Assembly: GCA_951406725.2 (NCBI GenBank)
Contig: OX597817.1
Coordinates: forward strand, 107,756,001-107,820,000
Source of the DNA: Octopus vulgaris
Taxonomy: Eukaryota
Length of the DNA: 64,000 nucleotides
Direction of reading: 5' to 3'
In this document: in pieces, positions 52,919 through 61,531 of the stretch
Layout of the letters: every line of letters starts with the position of its first letter
Numbering within the stretch: the stretch's first letter is position 1
Position numbers and translations under genes: made by a program
Notes under the pieces: model-generated
Database searches by the model: none
What the model was told of the DNA's origin: nothing
What the model saw: the letters and a program-made list of their open reading frames with translations, nothing else

Positions 52919-53526
52919 TATATACATACATATATAGATATAAATATATACGTGGCTTATGCCTACAAGCATATGTATTCTTATCGGCATTAGTCACGTT
53001 TGAATTTAGTTTTGTAAATTTTTAATTGTTAATCAATTAAATTATGGCTTGCCCAGCAAGGTTCGGCGACCTTCTTTGCACACATGCATATTGGTCTGTT
53101 AGTTACATTCGTAAATGTTAAAATATTAAAATATAGAAATAGTTAATGAATTATAAAAAACGTTATGAAGAGTCCTGAAGATTGGGGTTGCAGTTAAGAC
53201 ATGTTTCTGAAAAAGACTGAGTGTCTAGGGAACGTTAAACGCACCTCATGAAACTCGTGTAGAAGAGAAATTTGGAACTGAAACAGTAAGTATTAAAATA
53301 AAATTCTATGATATGGTGTGATGTATATTAGGATTTGATGAATTGCATGGGAACTTCTATCTCTAAATAACATATATTTCCTTGTCGAGAATAATTCAAT
53401 TTATTTGAATACCTGTGATGCTGGAATTTTTATTCCCTAATAAATGAAATAATCTCTCTCTCTCTATATATATACATATAAATATATATATATTTATATA
53501 TATATTATATATTATTTATATATATT

Positions 53527-53557
<31 letters not shown>

Positions 53558-54935
53558 TGTTAGCCACTACACACATTTTTTTCTCTCCTTCTTTCTCTCC
53601 TTGTTTTTTTTCTGTGTCCCTTTCTGTAGAAGAGCATAGGCTCGAAACGTAAAAGACTTTTTCTATTCCTGAGCATTATACTAATACATCTATTTGTTTT
53701 GTAGACCACCTGTCTTCATCTTTATATATATATATTAATAATAATAGTGTTTTTTTCTCTAATTTGCATAGCTTTTACTGTGTCTGTTAGCTTCAAAAGA
53801 AATAAATCCTATTTTTCTCTCCTTGTTTTTTACTGTATCCCTTTCTGTAGAAGAGCGTAGGCTCAAAACATAAAAGATGTTTTCTATTCCTGAGCGTTAT
53901 ACTAATACATCTTTTTGCTTTGTACACCACCTGTCTACGTCTTTTGTTTTTTTCATAAACTCTCCCTATATATATATATATATATAATAATAATAGTGTT
54001 TTTTTCTCTAATTTGCATAGCTTTTACTGTGTCTGTTAGCTTCAAAAGAAATAAATCCTATTGAAATGATGCTTATTAAGCCGTATCTTTCATTTTCTGA
54101 TTCGTCAACACAGATATTTCATGACGTTGCTTACAAGGCCAGGAACCGAGAAGATCTTTTAGCAGGAATTGATGAATTCCTCGACCAAGTTACTGTTCTT
54201 CCCCCTGGTGAATGGGATCCTAGTATTAGAATAGAACCACCTAAAAGTGTTCCTTCACAGGTGAGAAATTAAGTTCTGTATGTTTTTTTTTTTCGTTAAT
54301 GAATATTATTATACTTTTATTAATTTTCCTTTCCTTATCTTTGTTACTCAACACAATAGCCTAAATTCTCAACTAAAGAAATAGAATATATTTTACTATT
54401 GATGTTCATATTTAACTGTTTTTGCATGTCGGATTAACATTTGCTGATGAGGGAGGCTCTAGATGGTTGTTTAGCTTGCTAGAAATAGCAATGTTTAATA
54501 ATAATACCTCTGCCACTTTAATTTTTATGGTCACTCCTTTGGCTAGCCCTCATTCTGTGGATACACTTTGATTATAATGAAACCTGCAATGCCTTAACTT
54601 CAGTCTGGCTACTTCTATCTTGTATGGCTCTGTTAAACACAACACATTAAATATATATATAAAAATATATATTGGGTCATCCCATAAATAATGCAGATTT
54701 TTTCAATTGCATGAACTAAAAGTCGGAGGGTGACAGGATGAACTACCTGCATCAACTTGCTATAAAAGCAGGGAGCAATTTTACCTTGTACTTATTCTTT
54801 GTGCAAGTTTTGAAGAGTGCAGTTTGACTTTAACAGTTATTTTTTCAAAGCTATAATGGAAGTGACAAATAAGCATATTCGGTATATTTTGCTTTATGAG
54901 TTCAATAAAGGCAACAATGCAATGTGTGTGTGTGT

Positions 54936-54993
<58 letters not shown>

Positions 54994-57179
54994 GTATGTG
55001 TGTGTAATCAAAAATCAAAATCGAAATCGATCAACATCAATGGAAATTGCAGCTGTGATACCAGTGCCGGTGGTATGTAAGAGAACCTTCCGAACGTGGC
55101 CGTTGCCAGCGCCACCCTGACTGGCCTCGTGCCGGTGGCACGTAAAAAGCACCATCTGATCATGGCCGTTTGCCAGCCTCGTCTGGCACCTGTGCTGGTG
55201 GCACGTAAAATGCACCCACTACACTCATGGAGTGGTTGGCGTTAGGAAGGGCATCCAGCTGTAGAAACATTGCCAGATCAGACTGGGCCTAGTGCAGCCT
55301 TCTGGCTTCCCAGACCCCAGTTGAACCGTCAACCCATGCTAGCATGGAAAGCGGATGCTAAACAATGATGATGATAATGATGATATATATGTATGTATAT
55401 ATATATATGAGCAAATGTTCATCTTACACATTAGCTCACTCTTTTCATCAGAGTGACATTGTCTGAACTTGACATGGTATACCAAGCACCAGGTGTCAAA
55501 GTGTTTGCAGAGCCATGTGAGATGAAGTGTTTTGCTCAAGAACAATGCACAACTTATCTAGGAATTAAAATCTTGATGTAGAGATTGTGAGTGCAACACA
55601 CTAACCCCTATATATATAAAACGTTATATTTGGTTTTCATAAAGGGGTTACAACCAAGTAGATGGGTTTGGTCAACTACGAATCTTTCCTGCATTCAACA
55701 CATTCTTTTACATAGTCAAAAGAGAACATTACTGCCATTAAATGTATCTGGTATCTTCCTTGTTGCAGGAAGCACGAAAAACTCCAGGATCTGGTGCTCA
55801 TCTTCCCAATGGAAAAGCTCTCGTTGAGGAAGAAGAGGATGAACATGATGATGAAACTTTGATAAGAACTGGACGGTAAATGAATGTTTGTTCTAGAAAT
55901 CCTTATAGAATATTTGCAGGTACTTTGTGTCATAGCTATCAGTTTTACAACTTTCTAACAAAGTTTAGTTTATAGTAAGAAACAGTACCATCAATTAATT
56001 CCTCATTTTGTTGTATATGTTTTTTAAAGATTTTTCAATCGTTTTCCAATCAGATCAGATGTTTCCATAAATATATGAATTAATCGATAAAGCTCTCTTA
56101 AACATTAGACAGTGGACAGTTTCAGTGAAAATTATTTGTTTTTCTACTTTGCTGAATGGGATTACTAAAGGAACATGTTTAGAGTAAATATCTTATGTGT
56201 TCAGTGCTGTGCTGTGGAAATTAAAACATAGGAGGCTGACTGCATAATGACAGAGTTAACTTAAACATTCTATAAAATATTATGTATTTTGTGCTTATAA
56301 ATTATAGAAATGACAAAGGCATAAAAATGGTGCAGAAAAACATCAAGAATGCATGCAAATGAGAGAGAACATCTAAATGGTCACTCAATCTGCTATATAT
56401 ACACATCATACTGCTATATATAAAGGGTTTTGCAATAATAACTGTCAAATAATTTCCAGGTTACTTTATCCTTATACTTTCTTACTTTATACTTTCAGTC
56501 TGTTTGGTGGATTGATATCTGATGTGAAAAGAAAGGCACCATTTTATCTAAGTGACTTCACTGATGCCCTTCATGTACAGTCTTTTGCCTCATTTGTTTT
56601 CCTCTATTTTGCATGTCTCACACCAATCATTACTTTTGGTGGTTTACTTGGAGACGCAACAGGAGAAAATATGGTAATTCTTTTCTATTCTTAGCTATTT
56701 CATGTAATTCATAATTCTGTTTGATTTCATTTCTGAGACATAATGTTAAATAAGTGTTTGTTTTTTTTGTTTCATTTAAAAAAATTTTTGTCCTTTTTAA
56801 ACCTAGTCTCTGTCATATAGAATTTCACATCCTTTGAGTAACTTGAATGTCCAATACATCAATACATTTTCTCATGTACTGAATATTTACTTCTCTATTT
56901 TTCTAGTAACTCTGTTGAGTGAGTATGAACAGACACTCGAGCTTCAAGTATTCTAATTCTGTACTTACCAGAATACAGAGTACATTATATTTCATAAAAT
57001 AATTAAAAACAACAACTACATCAACCTAAAACTGAAATTATTAGTAGTTTTCACTTTGAGCAGTGTATGAAATGGTATTCATAAATCTCTATTATATTAT
57101 ACTAGCTGCTAATATGATTTGTAAATTCTTTTTTCTTATTAGATACCATTGGGTTTTGTAAATCTTCTCTCTCTCTCTC

Positions 57180-57216
<37 letters not shown>

Positions 57217-60200
57217 GCCATAAAGTGAGTCAATTCTTGTCTGTAACTTTGATTTAAATCTTGGTTTGTAACTGTTTCACTTCATTTTTATTATGAATGT
57301 CACTGAGAAAGCACGACCACCACAAATCGTATATAAAGTAAGTAGACCTGATCATCTATCAACAGATATCTGAATATGTAAAATGGAGCAATTGATTTTG
57401 TTTATTACTCACGTTTGAGAAAAAGTTGAAAAATTATTGACCCTGTTGTTATCATCCCATTCATCCATTTGGATGGAAGGATGGATTATAACATATGTAA
57501 ATTGATATGATTTATTTTCAGTAAGACCCCTGCTAAAATTTGTCTGAATTTACACACTTGTCACTAAATGGAGGAAGTTCTTAGCTATATTTTTGTAAAT
57601 TGAAAAGATTAATTGTGTTTGAAGAGGTTTTCTATTGTGAAATAACTTCTTACACTTTTAGGCAGCCTTTGAGAGTATTCTTGCTGGTGCCATTTGTGGA
57701 ATTGTGTATGCCTTGATTTCTGGTCAACCTTTGACTATTTTGGGAAGTACAGGTCCTGTTCTGGTATTTGAAACTATCCTGTATAACTTTTGTTCGTGAG
57801 TATTGTTGTTTTACTTTCATTTAATTGTATTAACTATTTAAAGAGTTTATTTAATTATTTATTTAGAGTTGACAGTGAAAGGTAGAGAGCTGGAATGAAT
57901 AGATGGGGCTCAAAACTTCAATCAAATAGTGAAGGGAGAGACATAGGAGTAAATCACATAACTGTATCCCGCTTAGTAATTATATAGTTGTCATATAAAT
58001 AGCATTGATATTATATTTACTGATTACGATGAGGATCAAATGTAGTGATAGTGTTAGTATGATATATTTTTTTACAAGTTTAAGTCATTTGACTGCAGCC
58101 ATGCTGGAGCACTGCCTTAAAGGGTTTTTTAGTGAAAGAAATTGATCTCAGGACTTATTCTTTGCAAGCCTAGTACTTATTCTGTTGGTCTCTTTTACCA
58201 AATCTCTAAGTTACAGGGACATAAACACACCAGTATCGGTTGTCAAGTGGTGGTGGGGATCAAACACAGACACGAATATACACACATAAATACAGGAGTA
58301 CCAGTGTCTTGGACACACAAGGGAGTCTTCCTATTTACATTGTTATCTGGATAAGTATTGGTTTCCATTGTTGCAAAAAATGAGACTGATTTTCTACAAG
58401 GTTTAGTACCCCTCTCTCTGAGTGTGTTCAGTTGAGATTTTCATGTAAAAGGTCACCCCAATTGCAACATCAGCTCTTATTTGGTTGCCAGCTAAGGCTT
58501 AGGGATACCAAGTTAGTCCTGTGTAAATTGCTGCAGGAGTCCCACAGATGCAGAGGTTGCACCAGCCTATGCAGGACAGGGATGGCATCATTTCCCTGAG
58601 CTGTTCACATGAAGAGCTGCATACCCTAATATTATTACTATTATTATTATTAAGGTGGCAAGCTGGCAGAATCGTTAGCACATTGAATGAAATGCTTAGC
58701 AGTATTTTGCCTGTCATTGCATTCTGAGTTCAAATTCTGCTAAGTTGACTTTGCCTTTCATCCTTTTGGGGTCAATAACTTAAGTATCAGTGAAACACTG
58801 GGGTTGATGTAATCGACTAGTCCCCTCCTGCCAAATAGTAGAAAGAATTATTATTATTATTATAAGTTTTTTTTTGGTTTACTGTATTTTGAAAAGGACA
58901 AACATAAGATCTTTATATTAGTGTAATAGTAGTGACAATGATAATAATAACAATGGTTTCTCATGACTTTTAACGTGAAAATGTAATATTTTATCTTTCC
59001 TTTCCAGGGAGCAACAGTTTGACTATCTGGCATTCCGGCTGTGGATTGGTATATGGACTGGTTTGGTCCTCTTTATTATAGTTGCGTTGGATCTCAGTGC
59101 ATTAGTACGCTATATCACACGTTTCACTGAAGAAAGCTTTGCTGCCCTTATCTCATTGATTTTCATTGTGGAAGCTCTGGCAAAACTGTACCACATCAAA
59201 GACAACTACCCTATAAAAACACTGTCCTCTGTTACTCCTTATGTCAACTGCACTTGTGTTGAATCCAACAAAACTGTACCTGAAATCTATATAAACACTA
59301 CCTCACTAAATTGGACTGATATTGAATGGGATAAATGTAAAAGGTATGGAGGTGTTCTAATAGGGCTGGGCTGTAATTTCAAGCCATATGTACCAGATGT
59401 ATTTTTCTTGTCTACTATCTTGTTCTTTGGTACATTTACTATATCTATGTCATTGAAAGCTTCAAGAAACAGCAGTTTTTTTCCCTCTTCAGTAAGTTCT
59501 ATTTCACTTTGTACATTTTTTTTATTGCATGTAGTTTCAGAACTCTAATTTTACATATGCAAATTTATGTATAAGAGCCAATCATTTTGTCATAATAAAT
59601 CATAAAGATAACATGTGATTAATTACCAAAGTATAATGATTCTTTTTTAGAATTATGGATCTTGAAGCAGACAAAAAAAAAGCTATAAATAAGAGCATAC
59701 AAATATAGGGTTAAAAATAACCCTTGGATAGAAAAAATCAAAAGAGATGCAGTTCCATGCCTCATGGACAGTTTTTGACTTTTTCAATCCAAGAGTTTTT
59801 TTAAGCCCAATATTTACATGCTATTATCTATAGCTTTCTGCCCTTTGAGAGCCATCACTCCAAAAGAGAATTATTTCATGTTTATTGAAGTTTGTATGTT
59901 TGTATGATATCATTACCAAATTTCATAACCTTATATATTTCAAATTAAATTATTTTCTTAAGTAATGCCTCAAACTTAACACAAACCTTTATATGTAGTT
60001 TTGTACATTACTTTCATATAAATCTGATCTAGCAGTTATGTTACTTAAACCTTTGAAGCAGCTAAGACTTATTGTAAACTTCAGTTTTCTCAGAATCAGA
60101 GCTTAAAGAGTTTTAATAGCAATTTCTTTTAGTTAAACCAGTTGGTTGCACAGAGTATCACGATATCTGTCTTGAGACTACAAATCAATTATCAGACTGC

Positions 60201-61470
60201 ATAAAGTGATGTGTTGTTGAGTACAGCACTTGGAAATTGTAATCACTCTCGCCTGAAGCATTTAGAAAATGCTTCAGACAGGAGTGATTACAATTTTTCT
60301 GGGAAAAACTTCAGTATATTAGTTAAAATTATATCATCTGAACAGATGGCTAATACATTAAAAGTGTTATGTCCTTAAGAAACCTCATTTGGTCACATTC
60401 AATGATAGTATTTTGGTCAGCCAACCCTTGTATTAATAACATACAGATTCTCATTGGAATTTTTAATGTTAGTTCCACAAACTTATGTACTGCTGCATGT
60501 AAAAGGGGAGTTGGTGGTGAGTATTCACATGCATAAAACAAAATAATATAACCATATATTGATGTAGAACAAGTACCAGCAGAACACTGAGGTCAATGTA
60601 ATCAACTTATGCCCTCCCGCCAAACTTGCTGGCCTAGTACCAAAATATGAAAATTATAACAATCAAAGTCAATTTGCACATAAACAATCACATCATCGAA
60701 ACTTCAAAGTTACAAGATAATGCAGTATAAATTCAAAACAATGTAAATAAATAAGCATTACATTTGACAGAATAATCTGAGTGCTAAAGGGTTAAATTCT
60801 AAAATTGTGATGAACATAATGTTTACAAGGATATGATATAATTAAGAAATTATAGTTTGAAAGGAAATAATATATATATATGTATATATATATATACTTG
60901 CAGTTTGAAAGCAAGATAATATGTTATGGATGCTGTGAGGTTGGGTAAATGTAGAGTAAAAGAGAAAGTGCATCACTGAATTCATGTTATACCAGCTTAC
61001 ACACTATGTGCATATATGTGATGTGTGTGTGTGTGTGTGTGTGCGTGAGTATAAAAAACATGTCAGAAGTAATAGGTATAGTTATATCAGTAATAATTAC
61101 ATTATAATGACCATAATTGTTTGTAAGATTAGTAAAAGTAGTATGGTCTATGTAACCAGTATGAATGTCTCACTAGAAACTATCTACCAACACCTATATA
61201 CAGATAGTTCTACATTTGTGCATATGTATAGAGAAAAATAATGTTTATCACCACATCAATATGTCTGTTCCTTAGGAATCGATGTTACTACTGCTTTTAA
61301 CCCTGGGAGGAGCCTCCTCCAGCTGGTTATTGATACAATCTGCACCTGATAACCACTGGAGGAGGCTCCTCCTGGGGTTAAAAATGGTAGTAACATTGAT
61401 TCCTATTAAACAGCCATATTGATGTGGCAATAAACATTACTTCTTGGTATAGTTACTACTTTCATCTCTT

Positions 61471-61531
<61 letters not shown>

